Part shown: positions 42,178 to 51,996 of the stretch, in pieces
How positions within the stretch are numbered: the stretch's first letter is position 1
Layout: each line of letters begins with the position of its first letter
IMG/VR virus record: IMGVR_UViG_3300028797_000093
Strand: one strand, 5' to 3'
Length of the DNA: 64,000 nucleotides
Origin: a virus
Lineage: Duplodnaviria > Caudoviricetes
Translations under genes and position numbers: made by a program
Notes under the pieces: generated by a model
Seen by the model: the letters and a program-made list of their open reading frames with translations, nothing else
What the model was told of the DNA's origin: nothing
Databases searched by the model: none

Positions 42178-42979
42178 TATTGTGATTATTTTTATCAAAG
42201 TGGTGGTACACACTATTCCTATCGTGGTGGTCACTCGAGCAGTGGTTTTATTTGTGGTTTCACTTGTGTTGGTCTAGGTGGCAACTCCAGTGCGACAGGC
42301 TGGTACTATGGCGCCGCCCTATCATTTAAAACTATATGTGTATTATTTTTCTCAAAGTAGTGATACTCACTATTCTGTTCGTGGTGGTCACTCTGGTAAT
42401 GGTTTTTATTGTGGTTTTACTTTTGTTCACCTCATCCGAGGCTCTGGTTTTGCCAGCTGGGGAGTTGGTGCTGCCCTATCATTTAAACCTCTTCTTTTTT
42501 ATTGTGATTATTTTTATCAAAATAGTGGTACTCGTTATGCTTTTCGTGGTGGTTATTGTAATATTGGTTTTGATTGTGGTTTTGCTTTTGCTGGACTCAG
42601 TTATTCTACTGCTGTTGCCAACTGGAATCTTGGCGCCGCCCTATCATTTAAACCATCTTTTTTATTGTGATTATTTTTCTCAAAGTAGTAATACTCATTA
42701 TGCTTTTCGTGGTGGTAGCTCGGGCAATGGGCCCCGTTGTGGTTTTGTTTGTGTCTATCTATACTACAACTCTAGTTATGCCCTCTGGTATGTTGGCGCC
42801 GCCCTATCATTTAAACCAGTCTTTTTATTGTGATTATTTTTATCAAAGTGGTGGTACAAATTATACTTTTCGTGGTGGTGCCTCGAGCGGTGGCTTCTAT
42901 TGTGGGGTTTTCTATGTTGGCCTCCACCGCAGCTCTGGTTATGCCAGCTGGTCCATTGGCGCCGCCCTATCATTTAAAC
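42178..42979 (+). repeat. DGR variable-region-like cassette cluster 5 (5 tandem cassettes)
   Basis: Units ending CTATCATTTAAA(C) at ~42330, 42488, 42653, 42817 and 42979; starts directly after a terminator. Confidence 0.9.
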
Positions 42980-43148
42980 CATGGTATTATTTATAATAAT
43001 TATATATTATAAATATGAATCTCAGCATCTGTATCCTCATATAGTTATATCTTATATCTACTGATATTGGATTTACTATTTTATTTTTTGTATGCCAAAC
43101 TTATTAATAAGAAAGAATATATTGCTCTATATAGATGGAGGTTTATAT

Positions 43149-46100
43149 ATGGATTATATCACTGAAGCTCAAGCAAATAAATATAAGAATGATATAAATT
43201 GGATTAATGGTGTATATAAGGGAACTTCTAATCTTAAAGATCAAGAGTCTTCTTATATAGATACATCTAATATATTCAATAATGCTAAGACATTAGATCA
43301 ATATACTAATGCTCTTATTAAAGCAGTAAATGAAGAAAAAGGAAAGTCTAATCAAGTTATCGTTATTCCTCTAGATCCATGGTTTGAACAGTATAATTAT
43401 AGTAGTGGATCTGCTACTGGAGATTCTATCTTTAAAGAGAAGAATATTGGTCCTATTAGTGCCATCTATAAGATGCTTAAAGAGAATCCCTCTAAGTTTA
43501 AGAGAGTATTTGCAGGTATTAAGTTCTATTTTATTATGGGAGAATCCTGTTTTATTTTAGACTCTAATACTGTAGGAAGTACTACTTATAGAACTTTTAG
43601 AGATCTTATTCTGGCTTCTTATGTACCAGCTATGCCTAATGGTGAAAATAAAACTCTTGTAAAGAAGACTAAGAATCTTGATACAGTTTTAAATGATGAA
43701 AAAGAAGAAGCTAAAGAGAATCCATTGAATCCTTTAAAGCTTCCTGAGAATGATAAGAGAACTATCTTGAATACAAAAGAGATAGAGCTTGAAATCATGG
43801 ATATAGTAAATAATATTGTTAATATGGCTTCTAGTGAAGAAGAAGCTAATAAGATGATGCAAGAGGATATGAGACTAAAAGAATTATTAGCTCAAGTACA
43901 AGCTAATAATATGTCTAATATCAATACATCTTCTGCTATGGTTAATATGAATAAGATGAGAAGCAGAAGAATGCAAGGACTCAATGCAGATTTTATGAAC
44001 TTACAAGTCAATGGTAAGACTGTAAGAGATATGATGAAAGATAAAGTAGAAGAAGATATACCTGAAACTTCTCTTAAGATTGATAGTATCAATGATGAGT
44101 GGAAGAAACTTAAGTATATTAACTTTGAAAAGAAATATGATCTAGACAGTGATATTGTAAAGTGTATTTATCATTTTACTAAAACATCTTATCCTATCTC
44201 TATTAGAAATATTAAAGTAGAAGATACGTCTACTACAGAGGACTATATTAATACTTATACTGTAGAATGTGAGGATTATACTGGTAAGAGATTCACTCTG
44301 AAGTTTGATGTACCTCTTTTTATCAATAATAGATTTATGAAACTTGGTGGTAATGAGAAGATCATCAATGGTCAGCTATTGTTACTTCCATGTATTAAGA
44401 CAGATAATGATACTGCTCAGCTAGTATCTAACTATAATAAAGTCTTTGTAAGAAGATATGGTATGGTAGGAAGATCTTATTCTTCTTCAGATAGACTTAT
44501 TAAAGCCCTTAAGAAAGCTAATGGTAAAGTAAAAGATCTTAAGATCACTACTGGTAATAATAGTAAGATCTGTATGAAGTATAGTCTATATGCAGATTAT
44601 ATAGATTTAGCTTCTAACTTCTCTGAGATTAAAACTAAAGATTTCGACTTTATTTTTAATCAGGATTTCTATAGACAGATTGATCCTACTCTTGATAATA
44701 AGAAACTTCCTATCTATATAAATCTTAATGGTAATGAAATGATTATATATGATGACAGTAAGAATAATGTACCAGTAAGTACTGTCATTGCTCAGCTTCT
44801 TTGTGATCAATCTCCTGAGTTTAAAAAGATCTATGAAGCTACAGCCAAAGCAAACAAGATGGTGTATTCTCAAGCTTCTATACTGAAGAATAGAATGCCT
44901 GTCATTGTTATTCTTGGATATCTTCTTGGATTGACTAATACTCTTAAGAAGGCTGGTATTAAGTACAAATTTATTGATAAGAAAATCAATAAGTCTACAT
45001 CTGATGCTGAACTTAAGATTATGTCTAATCCTGATCTATATGATAATATTAAATTTAATGATGGTTACTTATACTATGAACAGACCTATGAATCCAGTAT
45101 GTTAATGAATGGTCTGTTTGATTGTGATACTGAAAACTATTCATTCTCTGAAGTAGATAATAGAAAATTCTGGCTTGATCAGTTGGATCTATTTGGTGGT
45201 AGATTACTATCTGATGGTCTAGATAACTTCTATGATCTGTTCATGGATCCTATGACTGAAGAAGTATGTAATAAGTTTAAATTACCAACAGATTTCTGTG
45301 GACTATTGCTATATGCCAATGATCTACTAGTAGATACTGCATATAATAAGCACACAGATATTACCGGTAATAGATATAGAACTAATGAAATTGTAGCTGG
45401 TTATGTTTATAAAGAACTAGCATCAGCTTATGGTAAATATAGACTCTCTATCAAACATGGTAGAAAAGAGCCTATGAATATTAAACAGAATGCTATTTTA
45501 ATTGCTGTTATGACAGATTCTATGAGTAGCGATCTATCTACTATGACTCCTCTACTGGAAAAAGAATCTGCTAATACTGTATCTTTTAAAGGTCTTTCAG
45601 GTATGAACTCTGATAGATCTTATAGTCTAGATAAACGTACATTTGATGATTCTATGATCAATAAACTAGGACTTTCTACAGGTTTCTCTGGTAATGTAGG
45701 TATTACTAGACAAGCTACAATAGATATGGATATTGAGGGAGAACGTGGTTATGTAAAGAACAGTTCTCTTAATGATGTAAGTGATGCTAAAACTATGAGT
45801 GCAACAGAAGCTATGACACCATTTGGTACTACTAGAGATGATCCTTTTAGATCTGCTATGACATTTGTACAGACTTCTAAGCACTCTATGAGAACTAAAG
45901 GATCTGCTCCTCTACTTATTACTAATGGTGCTGATGATGCACTTCCGTATATGATAGGAAATACTTTCGTATTTAAAGCTAAAGAAAATGGTAAAGTAGT
46001 TGAACTAGTTGAAAATGAGTATATGATTCTAGAGTATGATAATGGAGATCATGACTATGTAGATCTGTCTGTTATCGTTAAGAAAAACTCAGATGCTGGT

Positions 46101-47051
46101 ATTTATGTAACTGTTCAACTAAAACCTGATAAGAAGCTAGGATCTAAATTTAAGAAGGGTGAAATTGTAGCACATGATCCTCTGTCTTTCTCTACAAAAT
46201 ATGGTGCTACTGATGAACTCTCTTATAATATTGGTACTCTAGCTAAAGTAGGTATTCTTGCCACAGATGAAGGATTTGAAGATTCTACTATAGTAAGTGA
46301 ATGGCTATCTGAAGCTATGACATCTGATGTTACTATGATGGATGATGTTATACTGGATGCTAATGCTAATATTTATTATCTTGCAAAACCTGGACAGAAA
46401 GTTCAGGAAGGTGATACACTTCTACTATTCCAGAATGCATTTACAGAGGAAGAACAAAATGCTCTACTAAGAAACATTACAGATCCTGATCTTGTTAATG
46501 ATCTTGGTAGAATTAAGAAGACTTCTCATTATACTGGAGTAGTACAAGATGTAAAGATCTATAGAACAAAACCTATAAGTTATTATTCTAAATCTATTCA
46601 AAAAGCTATTATAGACTATGAGAATAGATATAAGAAGAAGATTGAAGAATATAATAAATATGGTATTACTGGTATTAGAAAAGAAGTTAATAACTATGAG
46701 CTTCCTAATACTGGTAAGCTAAAGAATGTAGGAGATGGTATTCTCATTGAAATCTATATCATGTATGAGGATAAGTTCTCCATTGGTGATAAGAATGTAG
46801 CTCAGTCTGCTTGTAAGGGTGTATGTAAAGATATATTCCCTGCTGGAAAAGAACCTTGGTCTGAGTATAGACCTGAAGAGAAGATTCATGCTTTCTATGC
46901 AATTAATTCTTTCATGGGTCGTATGATTACAAGTGTTCTAGTAAGTGGAGCTATTAATAAAGGTCTTATAGAACTAGATAGACAAGTTAAAGAAATCATG
47001 GGCTATAAATGGAAAACCCTTGAGGAAATGCAGCTACCTACTAAAAAATAA
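43149..47051 (+). CDS. rpoB: phage multisubunit RNA polymerase beta subunit (probably virion RNAP)
   Basis: TPFGTTRDDPFRSAMTFVQ, GFEDSTIVSE, IGDKNVAQSACKGV, SFMGRM; start at MDYITEA after GGAGG. Confidence 0.9.
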   Translation: MDYITEAQANKYKNDINWINGVYKGTSNLKDQESSYIDTSNIFNNAKTLDQYTNALIKAVNEEKGKSNQVIVIPLDPWFEQYNYSSGSATGDSIFKEKNIGPISAIYKMLKENPSKFKRVFAGIKFYFIMGESCFILDSNTVGSTTYRTFRDLILASYVPAMPNGENKTLVKKTKNLDTVLNDEKEEAKENPLNPLKLPENDKRTILNTKEIELEIMDIVNNIVNMASSEEEANKMMQEDMRLKELLAQVQANNMSNINTSSAMVNMNKMRSRRMQGLNADFMNLQVNGKTVRDMMKDKVEEDIPETSLKIDSINDEWKKLKYINFEKKYDLDSDIVKCIYHFTKTSYPISIRNIKVEDTSTTEDYINTYTVECEDYTGKRFTLKFDVPLFINNRFMKLGGNEKIINGQLLLLPCIKTDNDTAQLVSNYNKVFVRRYGMVGRSYSSSDRLIKALKKANGKVKDLKITTGNNSKICMKYSLYADYIDLASNFSEIKTKDFDFIFNQDFYRQIDPTLDNKKLPIYINLNGNEMIIYDDSKNNVPVSTVIAQLLCDQSPEFKKIYEATAKANKMVYSQASILKNRMPVIVILGYLLGLTNTLKKAGIKYKFIDKKINKSTSDAELKIMSNPDLYDNIKFNDGYLYYEQTYESSMLMNGLFDCDTENYSFSEVDNRKFWLDQLDLFGGRLLSDGLDNFYDLFMDPMTEEVCNKFKLPTDFCGLLLYANDLLVDTAYNKHTDITGNRYRTNEIVAGYVYKELASAYGKYRLSIKHGRKEPMNIKQNAILIAVMTDSMSSDLSTMTPLLEKESANTVSFKGLSGMNSDRSYSLDKRTFDDSMINKLGLSTGFSGNVGITRQATIDMDIEGERGYVKNSSLNDVSDAKTMSATEAMTPFGTTRDDPFRSAMTFVQTSKHSMRTKGSAPLLITNGADDALPYMIGNTFVFKAKENGKVVELVENEYMILEYDNGDHDYVDLSVIVKKNSDAGIYVTVQLKPDKKLGSKFKKGEIVAHDPLSFSTKYGATDELSYNIGTLAKVGILATDEGFEDSTIVSEWLSEAMTSDVTMMDDVILDANANIYYLAKPGQKVQEGDTLLLFQNAFTEEEQNALLRNITDPDLVNDLGRIKKTSHYTGVVQDVKIYRTKPISYYSKSIQKAIIDYENRYKKKIEEYNKYGITGIRKEVNNYELPNTGKLKNVGDGILIEIYIMYEDKFSIGDKNVAQSACKGVCKDIFPAGKEPWSEYRPEEKIHAFYAINSFMGRMITSVLVSGAINKGLIELDRQVKEIMGYKWKTLEEMQLPTKK

Positions 47052-47138
47052 TAAAATAAGAGAGAAGGATATTATTCCTTCTCTCTTTATGTTTTTATAT
47101 ACTCTTATACTTATTAGTAATAGGAGGTATAAAATATT

Positions 47139-47528
47139 ATGACTTATAGAGAATTTTGTAATCTCAAAGGTAATGATCCTATGGAGAATATATTTCCTAA
47201 AGGAACAGATCCAGATGAAGCTCTAACTATTTTAGAGCAAACATTTACTGGTCATATAACTTGTGCACCATATTCTGTTATTATAGAATCTATTATAAAT
47301 GCATGTAAGAAACATCATAAAATAGATTATAATACTATACGTGGAATTAATGATCCAAAAGAAGCTATTGATGTTATAAAGAAAGAATTGCTTGGAGAAG
47401 ATTGGTATATAGGTTATCCTTGTGGGTTTTCTCAATATGCTACTGAAGTTGTTGGGAGTATTTTATATAGATATGGTCCTAAAGAAAAAGTACCATTTCT
47501 TACACGTATACGTAACTTCTTTAAATAA
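47139..47528 (+). CDS. hypothetical protein with internal repeat
   Basis: KGTDPDEALTIL / RGINDPKEAIDVI; AGGAGG RBS. Confidence 0.65.
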   Translation: MTYREFCNLKGNDPMENIFPKGTDPDEALTILEQTFTGHITCAPYSVIIESIINACKKHHKIDYNTIRGINDPKEAIDVIKKELLGEDWYIGYPCGFSQYATEVVGSILYRYGPKEKVPFLTRIRNFFK

Positions 47529-47657
47529 AAAAATAGAGTAGGAGAAATCCTACTCTATATTATTTTTTGTTTTTCATAGATGTACTGATAGCCACCCTAC
47601 TACCAGTACATCTATACGACACCATCATGGGAAAAACGGAAGCCACCAATGCGCGAC
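47525..47657 (-). ncRNA. candidate structured small RNA
   Basis: AACA-N6-TG promoter (47657-47668), GC-rich non-coding stretch, stem ATAGATGTACTG/CAGTACATCTAT, then a bidirectional terminator. Confidence 0.4.
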
Positions 47658-47737
47658 AATAGTATGTTAAGTTAACAGTATTCATTATTGTTATTTTATT
47701 CATTATAATTATGAATATTTTTAATTGTATATCATAA

Positions 47738-48075
47738 ATATGAATATAGGGTAGTAGCTCTGAACTACTACCCTATACTTTTATTCCACCCGAAAGGAGG
47801 TGAAATAAGATGACGAAGCTTATAGCTTCACCTAGGATCTCTAAGGCAATCCACGATCTTAGAGATCTTCCAGAACTCCACCATATGGATGTTCTGAGTC
47901 CTTTAGAAAAATATTGTGCTGATAAGATGATAGAATATATCATGAAAAATCCACATGTAGATTTCTATCTGAAAAGTCTAATGCACAATATTAACGGCTG
48001 ATGCCATATCCTCATAATATAAAAAGATATGGAGCTAGGGAATTGGTTTCTCTAGCTCCACTTAATTTTATTTTT
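47738..48075 (+). repeat. duplicated mini-gene module, copy 1
   Basis: Leader and terminator nearly identical to 51997-52325. Confidence 0.85.
47810..48001 (+). CDS. small protein, paralog of 52068-52265
   Basis: AAAGGAGGTG RBS; LxASPxISK...RDxPE...VLSPxEKxCxDxM. Confidence 0.75.
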   Translation: MTKLIASPRISKAIHDLRDLPELHHMDVLSPLEKYCADKMIEYIMKNPHVDFYLKSLMHNING

Positions 48076-48895
48076 TATTTACACAATAATCTCTGATCTC
48101 ATCCTGGATGTAGTTCTCCAGATTGACAACAAAGATAGCACCATCTTTAGTAACTAGTTGTACATCTCTATTTCTATTAACTAGTTTCATGGACTCATAT
48201 AGAGTATCAAACTGAGATAGAATAGACTTGATGTTAGCGGACTCCTGCTTGATATAACTAATGACCTGTTCATTAGTGATAGGAATAATCTTACCCTTAT
48301 CATTAACAGAATCAAATGTAGCTTTACTAATAGCGGCTTCTGTAATGATCTGCTCAGTGTAAGCTTTCTTATGAGAAGGATAAATAACAGAGTCATAGGT
48401 AATGAACTTTAGATTCTTTACCATATTATGACCACCAATATTCTCTAGAGTACCAAGAGCTCTTAGAGAGAATGCTGGTTTCTTACCATCACGGAGATCC
48501 TGATCAAAGTATTCTCCATAGTTATTATTAGTACCCTGGAACTGTGCTTTGATTAAGTTTCCTTCAGTCCAAAACTTCCTGAACTCTACACAGACATTCT
48601 TAGGATCAATAGTCTGCTGACGGATAACAGAGTCATCCAGAGGATGACCATACTCTCCATTCATCTGACGATGTTCTAGAAGTTCTCTGGTTCTATCACA
48701 ATTGATTTCTCTAACTAGTTCAGATAGAGAATAGCATCTGCCATTACGGTTATCAGCTTCAGCTTCCTGAACAGTGCCTGCAGCTAAAACTCTACGCTTA
48801 TTATCAGAAACTAGTTCCATATCACTAGTTTCAACAGAAGACTCCAGAATAGCATAACCAATTCTTGTATCTTTCATTATATATAAACACCTCAC
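48068..48895 (-). CDS. prohead core protease (T4 gp21-like)
   Basis: NRNGRCY, GEYGHP, FSLRALG, ITYDSVIYPSH; true start probably MKDTR. Confidence 0.88.
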   Translation of the reverse strand: MRCLYIMKDTRIGYAILESSVETSDMELVSDNKRRVLAAGTVQEAEADNRNGRCYSLSELVREINCDRTRELLEHRQMNGEYGHPLDDSVIRQQTIDPKNVCVEFRKFWTEGNLIKAQFQGTNNNYGEYFDQDLRDGKKPAFSLRALGTLENIGGHNMVKNLKFITYDSVIYPSHKKAYTEQIITEAAISKATFDSVNDKGKIIPITNEQVISYIKQESANIKSILSQFDTLYESMKLVNRNRDVQLVTKDGAIFVVNLENYIQDEIRDYCVNKK

Positions 48896-49006
48896 AAAGA
48901 ATTAACTTTATATGATTTATTATTATGTAGATATGATTTTATTATATTCTCATTCAATTATATACAATAGAATAAATAAGCAATATACTAATAGGAGGTT
49001 TACTCA

Positions 49007-49609
49007 ATGGAACTTACTAAGATTATTAAAAAGAATGGTGGTAAGTTTTTACACCTTTATGATCTAGTCTATAAGACTAAGAATGGTAATGATAAAGTAT
49101 ATGAAATGATCAGTAGAAATGATGATCTAAAAACAGCTAATGATGTGACTAATGATAAAGTAAGAGGAGCAGTTATCTTAGCTGTTACTGATGATGAAAA
49201 GATTCTTATCAATAAAGAATTTAGAATGGCTTGTAATTCTTATATCTATAATCTCCCCGCAGGTCTTATTGAAGAAGGAGAAACTCCTGAAGAAGCTGCT
49301 AAGAGAGAACTATTTGAAGAGACAGGTATGGAAATGACTGATATCATTGCTGTATCTAGACCTTATTTCACAGCAGATGGTTATACTAATGAAAGATCTG
49401 TAATGGTATTTTGTAGAGTAAAAGGTGAGCCTACAAATAAGAATGAATCTGAGGATGAAGAGATTACTCCTATGCTTATTGATGCAAATCAAGCAAGAAA
49501 GATACTCTATATTGATGAAAATTTATGCGGTACTCGTACTCAATTAATCTTAACCTTCTGGACTCTTCTTGATAGGATAGGAGATATTATTGAGAATAGA
49601 GATGATTGA
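49007..49609 (+). CDS. Nudix hydrolase (ADP-ribose pyrophosphatase-like)
   Basis: LPAGLIEEGETPEEAAKRELFEETG. Confidence 0.92.
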   Translation: MELTKIIKKNGGKFLHLYDLVYKTKNGNDKVYEMISRNDDLKTANDVTNDKVRGAVILAVTDDEKILINKEFRMACNSYIYNLPAGLIEEGETPEEAAKRELFEETGMEMTDIIAVSRPYFTADGYTNERSVMVFCRVKGEPTNKNESEDEEITPMLIDANQARKILYIDENLCGTRTQLILTFWTLLDRIGDIIENRDD

Positions 49610-49670
49610 AAATCTAGAATATTTCGATTATATATTATAAATATGAGTAATAGGAAAGGAGGATCTCATA

Positions 49671-49733
49671 ATGTGGGATGAGCCCCTGGTTATTGGTATT
49701 CCTATTGAAGAATCTGATGAAGATGATGAGTAA
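49671..49733 (+). CDS. candidate acidic micropeptide (20 aa)
   Basis: TATATTAT motif, AGGAAAGGAGG RBS, MWDEPLVIGIPIEESDEDDE*. Confidence 0.45.
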   Translation: MWDEPLVIGIPIEESDEDDE

Positions 49734-49935
49734 TAATAATATTTAAATCAATAAATATTTTAAAATATATTTCAATTATATATAATAATATTGATATCTG
49801 AACCTTTCATAATGAAGTCCATTCCCAGCGAAAAAGAATAGGTGGTTTGTCCTTTCCCACCTATTCTTTTTTATATTTTAGTAGCTTCACATAGTATTAA
49901 TAAATAAGATTATTGATGCTTGAGGTGTTGTATAT

Positions 49936-51759
49936 ATGAATACATTACAGAATGGATATGATGTAATTCTTAGAGAAGCTGAAGAGTATGCCTTTAAAGA
50001 GACAGACTTTAAGATGGAGCTTCTTGATATCAATAAATTTGTAAAAGTAAATGATGTACAAGAAATTTCTAACCCTGTATTTTTTATTAGAAGAGATGTT
50101 CCTACTAGTGATGGACTACTCTCTAATGAGATCTTTGGTATTACTAAACAAGAGAGATCTAATATATATGGATATGTAAATCTTGGAGAGAAGTTTATAC
50201 ATCCTTTCTATTATAAGGTATGGTGTAGTCTAGATTCTAAGATTAAAGAGGTTGTTCATGGTACAGATACTTTTATTGTAGATTCTGAAGGACAACTTCA
50301 AAGAGATCCTAATGGTAAGAATGGAATAAAATTCTTATATGATAACTTCAGTAAGATTAAGATTAAAGCATCTTCTTCTCTTAGAAGAGATCTTAAGCTA
50401 CAGTTTTTCGAAGCTTATAGAAATAAGAAGGATGTTATATTTATTGATAAATATATAGTACTACCAGCTTACTACAGAGACGTTAATACTGAAGGTGGTA
50501 AGATTGGTGTAGGTGAAATCAATAGTCTATATAGAAACCTTATTATAGCTGTAAAGTCTCTAAGAGGTTCTATGGACTTTGGTCTAACTCTATCTTCTGC
50601 TACTAGAGGAAGAATTGAAGAGATTCTTCTACAGATATATAACTGGTTTGGTATGGGTACTACTATTAGTGGTAAACCTACTACTAATGTAATTCCTGGT
50701 AAAACTGGTGTCTTAAGAAATGCAGTATTAAATAAAACTACAGACTATTCTTCTAGATTGGTAATCTCTGCTCCTCAGTTAAAGGTTAATAAGATTACTG
50801 ATCTACAAGCAGATATGGATCATGTAGTTCTCCCACTAGCATCTGCTCTTGTAAACTTCTTACCTTATAATATATTCTTTATAAGAAGATACTTTGAGAA
50901 TCTGTTTAGTGGTGAAGCTCTTATTCCTGTTTTAGTATATGATGCAAATCCTGCAACCAGTGTAATAGATGCAGCTAGGAATATTAATGATGTAACTGTT
51001 AATAAAGCTACCAGTTATAGAGAAGTAAAACTACATGTAAAGGACTATCAAACTCAATTCTCTGATGCTGCTATTCAGAAACAGATTGATAGATTCTTAA
51101 AGGGATATTCTAATAGATTTATTCCTATCACTGTGGAGATGGAGAATCCTACAGATAAGAATAGACCTATTCTTTATACTCTTGCATTTAAAGGACACAA
51201 TGTAACTAAAGAACAGTATGAGAAAGGTAATATAGGGAAACCTAATGTAATCAGAGCATTTACATGGTGTGATCTATTTTATATGGCTGCTGTAGAAGCA
51301 ACTAGAGATAAACATGTACTGATTACTAGATATCCTCTTGATACTTGTTATAATATATTCCCATCTAAAGCTAGAGTATCCTGTACTAAAGATAGTGAAC
51401 CTATGGTATTTAATCTCTTTGGTAAAGATAATTTCTATCCTAATTATCCAAAGATTAGACCTAAGGATATTCTATCTAATACAAGTAATAAGTTTGTAGA
51501 TACTCTTAATATTTGTAATCTATACCTAGCTCCTATTGGAGGAGACTATGATGGTGACCAAGTAACTGTTAAAGGTATCTTTGGTGAACAAGCTAATGAT
51601 GAACTTGAGAAGTTTATGAATAGTAAAGCTCATCTAGTAGGACAAGGTGGTAAAGGACTATTGGAAAACAGTAAGGAAGCTCTTATGTGTGCTTATAGTC
51701 TTACTATGTCACTGTCTGCTGATAAGAATAAGTTTACAAATCCTGTATTTAAAGAATAG
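49936..51759 (+). CDS. rpoC: phage multisubunit RNA polymerase beta' subunit, N-terminal/catalytic part
   Basis: GLLSNEIFG, GKTGVLRNAVLNKTTDYSSRLVI, TRYP, catalytic GGDYDGD. Confidence 0.92.
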   Translation: MNTLQNGYDVILREAEEYAFKETDFKMELLDINKFVKVNDVQEISNPVFFIRRDVPTSDGLLSNEIFGITKQERSNIYGYVNLGEKFIHPFYYKVWCSLDSKIKEVVHGTDTFIVDSEGQLQRDPNGKNGIKFLYDNFSKIKIKASSSLRRDLKLQFFEAYRNKKDVIFIDKYIVLPAYYRDVNTEGGKIGVGEINSLYRNLIIAVKSLRGSMDFGLTLSSATRGRIEEILLQIYNWFGMGTTISGKPTTNVIPGKTGVLRNAVLNKTTDYSSRLVISAPQLKVNKITDLQADMDHVVLPLASALVNFLPYNIFFIRRYFENLFSGEALIPVLVYDANPATSVIDAARNINDVTVNKATSYREVKLHVKDYQTQFSDAAIQKQIDRFLKGYSNRFIPITVEMENPTDKNRPILYTLAFKGHNVTKEQYEKGNIGKPNVIRAFTWCDLFYMAAVEATRDKHVLITRYPLDTCYNIFPSKARVSCTKDSEPMVFNLFGKDNFYPNYPKIRPKDILSNTSNKFVDTLNICNLYLAPIGGDYDGDQVTVKGIFGEQANDELEKFMNSKAHLVGQGGKGLLENSKEALMCAYSLTMSLSADKNKFTNPVFKE

Positions 51760-51770
51760 GAGATGTAACT

Positions 51771-51923
51771 ATGATCATTACAAAGAGTTATCTAAAGAAG
51801 GTATATGATAGTATACCTGAAGAAGATAAAAAGAAATATGAAGAACAATTGGATAAAGATTCTGAAGATAAGAAAGCTACTTTAGTTATTGCTTCAGATA
51901 ATCCTATTAAGATTATTAAATAA
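51771..51923 (+). CDS. small hypothetical protein (50 aa, not in ORF track)
   Basis: AGGAG RBS, MIITKSYLKKVYDSIPEED...; terminator follows. Confidence 0.55.
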   Translation: MIITKSYLKKVYDSIPEEDKKKYEEQLDKDSEDKKATLVIASDNPIKIIK

Positions 51924-51996
51924 ATAAAATTAGAGGTAGAGTTACTTTACTCTACCTCTATTTGTAATAGTTTATATTTATGATTATATAATATAG

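Noticed and set aside
621-42979. One of the cassettes being the DGR template repeat
   Set aside because: None has A at most variable columns, and no RT or Avd gene is adjacent; the TR must lie outside the window if it exists.
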